NCBI GenBank assembly: GCA_019058015.1
Contig: JAHLWH010000191.1
Coordinates: forward strand, 1-10,002
Direction: 5' to 3'
DNA length: 10,002 bases
Source: Promethearchaeota archaeon
GTDB taxonomy: Archaea > Asgardarchaeota > Lokiarchaeia > Sigyniarchaeales > SOKP01
In this document: one piece after another, positions 1 to 8,083 of the stretch
Numbering within the stretch: the stretch's first letter is position 1
How the letters are laid out: every line of letters starts with the position of its first letter
Position numbers and translations under genes: made by a program
Notes under the pieces: model-generated
Seen by the model: only the letters and a program-made list of their open reading frames with translations
The model's database searches: none
Told to the model about the DNA's origin: nothing

Positions 1-163
1 CTTCTCGATGATGTTGGTTATCTATATTATCACTATAAACTGAGAGGTGATTTACTATATCTATAAAATTTCCGTTGAATATTCTTAGATTTTTTTATCG
101 AAATTTTTATATTTTCTTCTGTAATTATTCATTTAATTGAATTTAATCGTTTAAAAAAAGTTG

Positions 164-1363
164 ATGTTATTCAGAAAAAAAGCCATTTTAATGGTTTTAT
201 TACCCCTATCGCTAATATTAATTAATATTCTTGCTCTCAATTGTATAGCATGGCTAAATAATTCAGCACCAGATTATTGGCCGACCACGAGCTGGCGTAC
301 TTCTACTCCAGAAGAACAAGGTATGAACTCGGTAAAACTCCAAGAAATGCAGGATTATATTCAAACGCAAAACTATTTAATACATTCTATGATAATCGTT
401 CGTAATGGTTATATCGTCCATGAATACTACGATGCTCCATTATATAATGAAAATATATCAAAAAATATTTACTCTGTCACAAAGAGTTTTACATCTGCGC
501 TTATTGGAATTGCTATTGATAAATGTTATATTTCAAGTATCAACGAGACTGTTATAGATTTCTTTCCAGAAAGGACAATTGCTAATCTCGATACACGCAA
601 GCAAGTCATAAAACTTAAACATCTGCTCACCATGACAGCAGGCTTAGAGTATGATGAATGGACTTATCCATATTCAGATAGTCGGAACTCTTATATGCAG
701 ATGATCAGCAGTGGTGATAGTACTCAATTTGTTCTTGATCTCCCAATGGTGTCTGATCCTGGCACAACATGGGTTTATAATACAGGAGCATCTCATCTCT
801 TATCGGCGATCATCAATCAAACAACTGGTTATACCACTCTTGATTTTGCAAATGAATTTCTTTTTGAACCTCTCGGAATATCTGTTCCATTCTGGAGACA
901 AGATGCTATAGGCATATATTATGGAGGGAGTGAGTTTCATTTAATCCCACGGGATATGGCAAAATTTGGGTATCTTTATCTCAACAATGGCATCTGGGAT
1001 GGTGAACAGATTGTATCCTCTACCTGGGTTGCTGAATCGACTAAAGAATGGAATAATTTAGGGTATGAACAAGGATATGGTTACCAATGGTGGATTCATA
1101 CAGGATTGGATGGTTATTCTGCCCGGGGATATGGTGGTCAAATGATATATGTGATTCCTAATTATAATCTAGTTGTTGTTTTTACAGCCTACGATTTGAT
1201 TAATCCCATTCCATTTTCCAGCTTAATTGAAAATTATGTGATTCCAGCGATTGGTGATAACCCACTTATAATTATAATATTACTAGTTTTTATGATTGGA
1301 ATTCCATTAGTGATTGGAGTTGTATATTTGATACGAAAAAAAATAGTATCGAAGGATAAATAG
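164..1363 (+). CDS. Serine hydrolase, beta-lactamase class C / NylB (6-aminohexanoate-dimer hydrolase)-like family, secreted and membrane-anchored
   Basis: SxxK motif (YSVTKS), LLTMTAG, catalytic Tyr motif (WVYNTG), YGYQWW and ARGYGGQ, plus the N-terminal WPT..W..STPEEQGM typical of this family. Hydrophobic N-terminal signal/TM segment and a C-terminal TM followed by RKK. ATG at 164 (TTG at 161 also possible). Confidence 0.9.
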   Translation: MLFRKKAILMVLLPLSLILINILALNCIAWLNNSAPDYWPTTSWRTSTPEEQGMNSVKLQEMQDYIQTQNYLIHSMIIVRNGYIVHEYYDAPLYNENISKNIYSVTKSFTSALIGIAIDKCYISSINETVIDFFPERTIANLDTRKQVIKLKHLLTMTAGLEYDEWTYPYSDSRNSYMQMISSGDSTQFVLDLPMVSDPGTTWVYNTGASHLLSAIINQTTGYTTLDFANEFLFEPLGISVPFWRQDAIGIYYGGSEFHLIPRDMAKFGYLYLNNGIWDGEQIVSSTWVAESTKEWNNLGYEQGYGYQWWIHTGLDGYSARGYGGQMIYVIPNYNLVVVFTAYDLINPIPFSSLIENYVIPAIGDNPLIIIILLVFMIGIPLVIGVVYLIRKKIVSKDK

Positions 1364-1447
1364 ATATAAAATCAATTAGTATACTTACATTCAATAAAAT
1401 GGTAAAAGCAGTTATTTAAACGTTCTAAAAATATGTTTTTTGCATTA

Positions 1448-1467
1448 AAAAATTAGAGAATAAAAAA
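1448..1467 (-). terminator. Putative archaeal-type oligo-T terminator after the thiolase
   Basis: On the minus strand a T6 run follows the thiolase stop directly (TTTTTTATTCTCTAATTTTTT), in a convergent intergenic region. The AT-rich background weakens this. Confidence 0.35.
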
Positions 1468-2691
1468 TTAAATTTTCTCAATAATAGTAGCCACTCCTTG
1501 ACCACCGCCTACGCACGCTGTGGCGAGACCCAACCTTCCTTCTTTTACTTGCAGGATCCTTGCAAGTGTTCCGACCAATCGTACTCCAGTCATTCCTAAT
1601 GGGTGGCCGAGGGCGATTGCACCACCCTTAACATTTATCTTTTCATGTGGAATACCCAGTATTTTCTTTGCATATAACGGTACAATAGCAAAAGCTTCGT
1701 TGATTTCCCAAAAATCGATATCCTCAACTTGTAATTCAGCGTGAATAAGAGCTTTTTTACTTGCAGGAACAGGTCCTTGTCCCATAACACTGGGATTAAC
1801 ACCAGCCCAGCTCATCGCTTTTATCTTTGCCATAGGTTTGATTCCGAGTTCATTTGCACGTGATAGTGACATAAGGACACAACATCCTGCACCTGAATTC
1901 AATGGAGATGAATTACCTGGTGTAATCTGAGGATCTTTTCCAATTCCTTCCGAAACAAGACGGAGTTTTTTCATAGTCTCTATATTTGATCCTTCTCGTA
2001 TTGATTGATCATATTTAATCATCTTATTGGTACCATCTGGAAGGATTATTTCAATTGGAAGGATTTCTCCGTCAAAAAATCCCTCATCTCGCGCTTTAAT
2101 AGCCCTTTCATGAGAAATAAGACTCCAATGGTCCATATCTTCCCGAGTTATATCAGGATTCTGTTCCCATAATTTTTGTGCCGTCTGAATCATTGAATAT
2201 CCAGTTTTTAAATCATATTTTGCATGGTTTGGATGCATTTCGTCATCGGTTAACTCATAATGTCGGGCAGTTAAATCAGTCCCACGGGGAATTCTTGTCA
2301 TATGTTCCATGCCACCTGCAATAACTATTTCTGAGTTGCCTGTTGCGATCTCCATAGCCCCAATATGAATACTTGTCATACTTGATGAGCATTGTCGATC
2401 AATACCCATAGCAGCAACCGTTTCAGGTAATTCTGCTAAAAAAACAGTATGGCGTCCTCCATAAAGAAAATTTTCTTTTACTTGATTAGCACAACCTGTG
2501 ATCGCTTCATCAATTTCGGCGGGATTAAACTTTGCTCTTGCTATTATTTCTTTAATTACTAAGGATAGTAATTTATCAGCAGGAATTTTATAAAAAACAT
2601 CTCGCTCTGGTTGGTTGGGACGACTTCTAGACATTGGGGTACGTAAATAGTCCACAATAACAACTTCTCTTAATTCTGGCATTTTTCTCAT
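1468..2691 (-). CDS. Thiolase (acetyl-CoA C-acyltransferase, FadA-like)
   Basis: All four thiolase catalytic motifs: DRQCSSS (nucleophilic Cys), EINEAF, GHPLG and TACVGGGQG. N-terminal RTPMSRS is FadA-like. Start may be the second ATG at 2682 (MPELREV). Confidence 0.95.
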   Translation of the reverse strand: MRKMPELREVVIVDYLRTPMSRSRPNQPERDVFYKIPADKLLSLVIKEIIARAKFNPAEIDEAITGCANQVKENFLYGGRHTVFLAELPETVAAMGIDRQCSSSMTSIHIGAMEIATGNSEIVIAGGMEHMTRIPRGTDLTARHYELTDDEMHPNHAKYDLKTGYSMIQTAQKLWEQNPDITREDMDHWSLISHERAIKARDEGFFDGEILPIEIILPDGTNKMIKYDQSIREGSNIETMKKLRLVSEGIGKDPQITPGNSSPLNSGAGCCVLMSLSRANELGIKPMAKIKAMSWAGVNPSVMGQGPVPASKKALIHAELQVEDIDFWEINEAFAIVPLYAKKILGIPHEKINVKGGAIALGHPLGMTGVRLVGTLARILQVKEGRLGLATACVGGGQGVATIIEKI

Positions 2692-2701
2692 TTAAAAAAT
2701 T

Positions 2702-3496
2702 CTATTTTCCAATAAAAACGGGTTCCTTTTTTTCGTTTAATGCAAATACACCAATTTTATAATCTTCTGATTCAGCTGATTTTATTTGCATTTGTCTTTC
2801 ATTTTCAAGGTGTTCTTCAAGTGGTGTGCTAAGTGCTTCAAAAAATAATTTTTTAGTTCTTGCATAGGTTAAGGTTGGTCCTTTAGCAAATCGTTGAGCC
2901 CAATTTAGTGAAACTTCTTCTAATTTTTCTGCAGGGACAATTTCATTAATAAATCCAAGTTTTTTCATTTGTTCTGCGGAATAAGTATCCCCAAAAAAAG
3001 ACACTTGTACAGCTTGTTGCCAAGGGATTTGGCGACTTAATAAGATTGTTCCAGCAAATCCAGGAATTAAAGCAAGTTTACAAAAGGATTGTCTAAATTT
3101 TGCATATTCTGAAGCAATTATAATATCACATGAAAGCGCAAGGTTCATCCCTGCTCCAACAGCCCAACCATTTACGGCTGCTATAACTGGTTTTGGATAA
3201 AGGCGCAAAATTAATGCAATTTTGTAAAGATCCCTTGTTAAATCATCCATTAATTGACCCGGTGTTCCATTTTCAATACTTGACTTAAATTGTTTTATAT
3301 CTCCGCCTGCTGAAAATGCTTTTCCTGAGCCAGTAATTATTACACATCTCACATCACTATTATCTCGAAGAGATTCTAAAATATCTAATAATTTTCTCCC
3401 CATATCCTTATTTAATGGATTGTGATTCTCTGGATCAATGAATTTTATCGTTGCGATATTATCTTTGATTACTAATTTAATTTTTTCTTTTATCAT
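2702..3496 (-). CDS. Crotonase-superfamily protein (enoyl-CoA hydratase/isomerase family, PaaG-like overall) with an atypical active site
   Basis: Oxyanion-hole motifs FSAGGDI and AVNGWAVGAG, KPVIAAVNG, and C-terminal EKKEPVFIGK. GGGAG SD at 3501-3505 precedes ATG 3496. 10-nt gap to the thiolase. Confidence 0.9.
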   Translation of the reverse strand: MIKEKIKLVIKDNIATIKFIDPENHNPLNKDMGRKLLDILESLRDNSDVRCVIITGSGKAFSAGGDIKQFKSSIENGTPGQLMDDLTRDLYKIALILRLYPKPVIAAVNGWAVGAGMNLALSCDIIIASEYAKFRQSFCKLALIPGFAGTILLSRQIPWQQAVQVSFFGDTYSAEQMKKLGFINEIVPAEKLEEVSLNWAQRFAKGPTLTYARTKKLFFEALSTPLEEHLENERQMQIKSAESEDYKIGVFALNEKKEPVFIGK

Positions 3497-3511
3497 CAAT
3501 CTCCCTTTTTT

Positions 3512-4732
3512 TTATTTACCCCACATTCTAATCATTTCTCTTGAAATAAGGTATCTCATAATTTCTGCAGTACCAGCTGATATTTGTCCAACTTTTGCAT
3601 CTCGGTAATACCGTTCTAATGGATATTCTTCAGTGTATCCAAGTCCACCAACAATCTGTATGGCTTCTTGAGTAATTTTAACTGAATCATCTGCAAGTCG
3701 GGCTTTAATTGCAGCTACTGAAGCTCTACAATAATGTCCATCATCAAGCATTCTGGCAATTTGGGTTACTGCTATTCTGTTTATCTCTATAGACATAAAC
3801 ATTTCACTAAGTTTAAATGAAATCCCCTCAAATGAATAAAGGGGTTTTTTAAATTGTTCGCGCTTATGTGCGTATTTATATGCCACTTCAAATGCACTTC
3901 TTGAGATGCCGAGATATTGAGACGCAGTAAAAGTGCGTTCCCCATCAAGACCAAAAAGCAATACATCTAATCCCGCATTTTCTTTATGAAGCACATTTTC
4001 AACTGACACCTTACAATTATTAAATCGCAGATGTGAATTAGGCATTCCTCTGCGTCCCATATGCTTATAATCTTTGACAACTTCAAAACCTGGAGTATCA
4101 GTTTCAAATATAAATGCCGTCATACCTTGATGAGGTCTTACTTTATCATTTGTTATTGCATATAAGCAAATATAATCAGCCACACTGCCATTTGTTATGA
4201 AACATTTCTCTCCATTGAGAATATAATGATCCCCTTCTCTTCTAGCTTTTAATTTCATTCCACCAATTGCATCAGATCCCCCCGTGGGTTCAGTTATGCC
4301 TATGGCACCAATTTTTGCGCCATCAGCAATTCCTGAAAGAAATTTCTTCTTTTGCTCTGGAGTTCCAAATTCTATAACAGGACCAGCAAATAAACATGAA
4401 GATGCTCCAAATGTACTTGCTAAAGCATAATTGAAAGCAGTTAATTCTTCACCAAAAATAGTACGATATAAAACCCCTTTACCAAGACCTCCAGCCTCTT
4501 CTGGGATAATTATATTTAAATAAGGCTTCATTTTTCGTAAAGTTTCAACTACAAGCTCATAATTTCTCTCCCTATCAATTTTTTCTGTCACAGGTTCAAC
4601 ATTTTCTTTGCACCACTTGCGTACTTCCATCCGGAAATCATTTTCTTCATTGGAATAGTAATGCAATCTTTTAGGCATACAAGAATATCCATATTCCAAA
4701 TTTAAATCTTCAAAATGAACATGTCCTTCCAT
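3512..4732 (-). CDS. Acyl-CoA dehydrogenase, isovaleryl-CoA-dehydrogenase-like catalytic arrangement
   Basis: GITEPTGGSD, LNGEKCFITNG, REQFKKP, GGLGYTEEYPLERYYRDAK. GLDGER and ISAGTAEI match the IVD-type motifs GLDxER and IGAGTSE. Confidence 0.92.
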   Translation of the reverse strand: MEGHVHFEDLNLEYGYSCMPKRLHYYSNEENDFRMEVRKWCKENVEPVTEKIDRERNYELVVETLRKMKPYLNIIIPEEAGGLGKGVLYRTIFGEELTAFNYALASTFGASSCLFAGPVIEFGTPEQKKKFLSGIADGAKIGAIGITEPTGGSDAIGGMKLKARREGDHYILNGEKCFITNGSVADYICLYAITNDKVRPHQGMTAFIFETDTPGFEVVKDYKHMGRRGMPNSHLRFNNCKVSVENVLHKENAGLDVLLFGLDGERTFTASQYLGISRSAFEVAYKYAHKREQFKKPLYSFEGISFKLSEMFMSIEINRIAVTQIARMLDDGHYCRASVAAIKARLADDSVKITQEAIQIVGGLGYTEEYPLERYYRDAKVGQISAGTAEIMRYLISREMIRMWGK

Positions 4733-4895
4733 TTACATCACAATAAAAATAAGATTAATTGATTGATTTTTTATTAAATATTAATAATTATAATTTGCTT
4801 AAAGGATATTTAAATTGTAATTCTTTAACATTTATCTTACTTTTGAAAATATCTATAGAAAGGATTTAAAGTGTGAAAAAGTTATTATAAAATTT
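4733..4895 (-). promoter_or_regulatory. AT-rich intergenic spacer, possible internal promoter for the ACAD-crotonase-thiolase unit
   Basis: 163-bp, very AT-rich gap with TATA-like hexamers (TTTAAA, TTATAA), whereas the downstream gaps are only about 10-15 bp. No exact site can be fixed. Confidence 0.35.
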
Positions 4896-6554
4896 TTAAA
4901 AGATGATTGTCATTTTATAAGTTCCAAAGATTTCTCTTAAAATATCACAAATTTCCCCAGTAGTCGCATAGACTTTTACAGCATCTATCAAGTAAGGTAT
5001 TAAATTCTCATCAGTTTTTGCAACTTCTTTGATTTTTTTAAGTTTCTCATGAACAAGATTGTTATCTCTTGATTCTTTTATTTTCTTTAATTTATCAATC
5101 TGTTGTCGTTCAATTTCCGGATCTGATTTTAAAATCTCCAATTTTAAATCTTCTTTCTCAATTTGAAATTTATTTACTCCAATTACAATTTGTTCTCCCT
5201 TTTCAATGGATTGCTGTATTTTATATGCATTTTCTTGGATTTCTTTTTGAATATAACCGTTTTCTATTGCATTAATTGCGCCTCCTTGTTCTTCGATTTT
5301 TTTAATTATTTTAAATGCCTCCTCTTCCATTTGATTTGTCAGTGATTCCAAATAGTATGATCCACCAATTGGATCTATTACATTTCCAGCACCAGTTTCA
5401 TATGCGATTACTTGTTGAGTTCGTAATGATAAACGTACAGAATCTTCACTTGGAAGACTTAGGGCTTCATCTCTACTACTTGAATGAATTGATTGCGCTC
5501 CTCCCAATACAGAAGCAAGAGTTTGAATGGCAACTCTTATTAAATTCACATCGGGTTGTTGGGCTGTTAATGAGGAACCGATGGTTTGAGCATGAAATCT
5601 TAATTGCATTGATTTTAAATTTTTTGCTTTAAATCTGTTTTTTATTATTTTAGCCCATATTTTTCTTGCAGCCCTAAATTTAGCAATTTCTTCAAAAAAG
5701 TCATTATAAGTACAAAAGAAGAAAGCTAATCGACTTGCAAATTGATCAATATCCAAACCCCGTTTTAATACCTCTTCTACATACGCTATTGCATTTGTTA
5801 AAGTAAAGGCAATCTCCTGAACTGCTGTTGCTCCAGCTTCTCGAATGTGATAACCTGAAATGCTTATTGTATTAAAATGAGGGATTTTTTTTGAACAATA
5901 CTCGATTACATCGGCGACTAACCTCATAGATGGGATGGGTGGGAAAATATAGGTATTTCTAGCAATATATTCTTTTAAAATATCATTTTGCACAGTTCCA
6001 CGTAATTTATATATAGATACACCTTGTTTTTCAGCCAATGCGATATACATCGCAAGAATTATAGCAGTAGGAGCATTGATGGTCATAGAGGTGCTAACTT
6101 GGTCTAACGGAATACCTTCAAAAAGATCTTCCATATCCTTTAATGAGGAAATTGGCACTCCAGTCTTTCCAACCTCTCCTTGAGCTAAAATATGGTCACT
6201 ATCAAAACCCATCTGGGTACATAAATCAAAAGCGACACTTAAACCAGTCTGACCATGTTCAAGTAAATATTTATACCGTTGATTCGTTAATTTAGCGTTT
6301 TGAAAGCCACTATACTGACGCATCGTCCACAATCTCCCTCTGTACATTGTTGAATATGGTCCTCTTGTGAAAGGAAACTCCCCTGGTAAATTAATATCAT
6401 CATAAGTAGTATCTTTCAGATCTAAAGGTGTATATATGGGTTTTAATTGAAAATACGAACTATTTTCAATATTTTCCAGGTCAAATTTCTTAATTTTTTC
6501 TTTCCATCTTTTTAAATCTTCGGAAAGTCTTTTTTCTTCTTCCTTATCTATCAT
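4896..6554 (-). CDS. Methylmalonyl-CoA mutase family, stand-alone substrate-binding (large/N-terminal) subunit
   Basis: PGEFPFTRGPY.TMY, WTMRQYSGF, GLSVAFD, SMTINA, GTVQNDILKEYIAR, ISGYHIREAG, FFEEIAKFRAAR, DPIGGSY and IVIGVNKF. No DxHxxG B12-binding domain. ATG 6554, preceded by GAGTTGA, preferred over TTG 6563. Confidence 0.95.
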   Translation of the reverse strand: MIDKEEEKRLSEDLKRWKEKIKKFDLENIENSSYFQLKPIYTPLDLKDTTYDDINLPGEFPFTRGPYSTMYRGRLWTMRQYSGFQNAKLTNQRYKYLLEHGQTGLSVAFDLCTQMGFDSDHILAQGEVGKTGVPISSLKDMEDLFEGIPLDQVSTSMTINAPTAIILAMYIALAEKQGVSIYKLRGTVQNDILKEYIARNTYIFPPIPSMRLVADVIEYCSKKIPHFNTISISGYHIREAGATAVQEIAFTLTNAIAYVEEVLKRGLDIDQFASRLAFFFCTYNDFFEEIAKFRAARKIWAKIIKNRFKAKNLKSMQLRFHAQTIGSSLTAQQPDVNLIRVAIQTLASVLGGAQSIHSSSRDEALSLPSEDSVRLSLRTQQVIAYETGAGNVIDPIGGSYYLESLTNQMEEEAFKIIKKIEEQGGAINAIENGYIQKEIQENAYKIQQSIEKGEQIVIGVNKFQIEKEDLKLEILKSDPEIERQQIDKLKKIKESRDNNLVHEKLKKIKEVAKTDENLIPYLIDAVKVYATTGEICDILREIFGTYKMTIIF

Positions 6555-6661
6555 TAATTTCAACTCAAAAGCAACCGAATAAAAATAATTACGAAAACAA
6601 ATTAAAAATTAGCATTTACATTAGGATAATTTTTTTTGATCTTGTTTAAATTATTTATACA

Positions 6662-6748
6662 TTTGTCAGTAAAATTAAAATTAATTAAAATTAAAACTAA
6701 ATAAAATTAAATAAAAATTTTGTCAATTAAAATTAAATAAAATTAAAT
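6662..6748. repeat. AT-rich direct-repeat array in the divergent promoter region
   Basis: TAAAATTAAA at 6670, 6686, 6702, 6728 and 6738. Exact 15-mer TAAATAAAATTAAAT at 6698-6712 and 6734-6748. TTTGTCA at 6662 and 6719, each heading a repeat block. Confidence 0.65.
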
Positions 6749-6787
6749 TTCAAAACAGTATACACAAAAAGTTGAATAAATCACATA

Positions 6788-6793
6788 GGAGGT
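6788..6793 (+). promoter_or_regulatory. Shine-Dalgarno sequence GGAGGT of the plus-strand ACAD
   Basis: GGAGGT followed by 8 A's and then ATG at 6802. Confidence 0.8.
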
Positions 6794-6801
6794 AAAAAAA
6801 A

Positions 6802-7995
6802 ATGGAACTTAATTTTACTGAAGAACAAGAAATGTTCAGAGAAAGTGTAAGGGAGTATTGTCAAAGGAAAATTGCACCCGTTGCTCTAGAAATGGAAAAA
6901 ACCAGGGAGATATCAATAGAAATCAAGAAAGGAATGGCCGAACTTGGTCTTCTTGGATGTACAGCTTCACCAGAATATGGTGGTTCGGGACTTGATGCAG
7001 TGAGCGCTGGTGTTATAGGAGAAGAGCTGGCAAGAGCAGATCCTACGGGTTCAATACCCGTTTTTTATCTCGTGCAAGCAGCATGGGGTTTTGTTCTCAA
7101 TAAATATGGAACAGAAGAAGCAAAAAAAGAGGTATTTCCAAAAGTTATTGCGGGAGAATATTTTCTTGGAATCGCTACAACTGAAAGTGATGCCGGGTCA
7201 GATGTAGGAGGAACTAGAACTATGATCAAAAAGGAAGGTGATGGTTATATTGTAAATGGAGAGAAAATGTATATAAGTGGGGTACGCGAAGCTGCAGAAG
7301 GTGGTGGAGGACATCTTACAATTGCGAAGCAGAACCCAGAACTTGGCACTAGAGGTATGACAATGTTTTATTTACCTCTTACTGCTGATGGTATTACCCC
7401 AACATATATTGATGATTTAGGCAGAGAGGGTATATCCTGTGGTGGATTTGCAATAGAAAATGTAAAAATTCCGAAGTATTATATAATAGGAGAAGAAAAC
7501 AAGGGGTTTTACATTGTACACGAGGGGTACGAATTTGCTAGGGGATTAATTGCAGTAATATGCGCAGCAGCAGGTCTAAAATCATTAGAAAACGGTATGA
7601 ATTACATTAAAGAAAGAAAATGTTTTGGTACTGCTATTGGGAAATTTGAGGAAATAAACTTCAGACTAGCAGAACATTATACTAGGCTTATTATGTTAAG
7701 AGATTTGGCATATAAGTCATTATGGACTATTGACAGAGAACAACAAGGAAAGGGATCCAGATTTGAAACAAGTAAAGCAATTGCTATGGCAAAAATGTTT
7801 GCATCTGATTGGGCTTGCAATGCTATAAACGATGTAATGCAATGGCAGGGAGCATTTGGCTATTCTAAAGAGTGTCCAGACCAAGCAGCTTGGAGAGCTA
7901 TAAGGTCTTTTGCGCTTGCAGAAGGTTCAAAAGAAATGATGAAGATGATCGTAGCTAGAGAGCTACTTGGCAAGGAATTTATTGCCTACAAGTGA
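6802..7995 (+). CDS. Acyl-CoA dehydrogenase (MCAD-position catalytic Glu; loosely cyclohexanecarboxyl-CoA-dehydrogenase/archaeal type)
   Basis: FTEEQEMFRESVREY, PEYGGSG, TTESDAGSD, VNGEKMYISG, RKCFG, GAFGYS and LAEGSKE. Strong SD. Substrate is not assignable. Confidence 0.93.
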   Translation: MELNFTEEQEMFRESVREYCQRKIAPVALEMEKTREISIEIKKGMAELGLLGCTASPEYGGSGLDAVSAGVIGEELARADPTGSIPVFYLVQAAWGFVLNKYGTEEAKKEVFPKVIAGEYFLGIATTESDAGSDVGGTRTMIKKEGDGYIVNGEKMYISGVREAAEGGGGHLTIAKQNPELGTRGMTMFYLPLTADGITPTYIDDLGREGISCGGFAIENVKIPKYYIIGEENKGFYIVHEGYEFARGLIAVICAAAGLKSLENGMNYIKERKCFGTAIGKFEEINFRLAEHYTRLIMLRDLAYKSLWTIDREQQGKGSRFETSKAIAMAKMFASDWACNAINDVMQWQGAFGYSKECPDQAAWRAIRSFALAEGSKEMMKMIVARELLGKEFIAYK

Positions 7996-8083
7996 AAAGA
8001 ATAATCTTTTAAAATTTTTTTTATTATTTTACATTATTGTTTTAAGGAAATAAAGATTTAAAAAAAAATTAGTGGATATTATT

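Noticed and set aside
1-66. Open frame LLDDVGYLYYHYKLRGDLLYL* entering from the left edge, and an SD-like GAGGTGA at 44-50
   Set aside because: Too short to identify as a gene end, and the SD-like motif has no canonical start codon or credible ORF after it.
711-911. 66-aa ORF
   Set aside because: Alternate frame inside the serine hydrolase, with no motifs.
164-1363. Antibiotic-resistance beta-lactamase
   Set aside because: It lacks the AmpC YxN/KTG combination; the motifs fit the broad NylB/esterase-like group.
1520-1744. 74-aa plus-strand ORF
   Set aside because: Antisense shadow of the thiolase.
4772-4795. A/T-only palindromes such as AATTATAATT (4786-4795)
   Set aside because: Expected by chance in such an AT-rich spacer.
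5069-5632. Three short plus-strand ORFs (68, 60 and 105 aa)
   Set aside because: Antisense to the mutase; the F/L-rich composition simply mirrors K/E-rich codons.
6555-6801. Cobalamin riboswitch or CRISPR array upstream of the mutase
   Set aside because: No B12-box or GC-containing stems, and no repeat-spacer structure with unique spacers.
8015-8030. T8 tract between the ACAD and etfB as a terminator
   Set aside because: Plausible but indistinguishable from the AT-rich background without transcript data.
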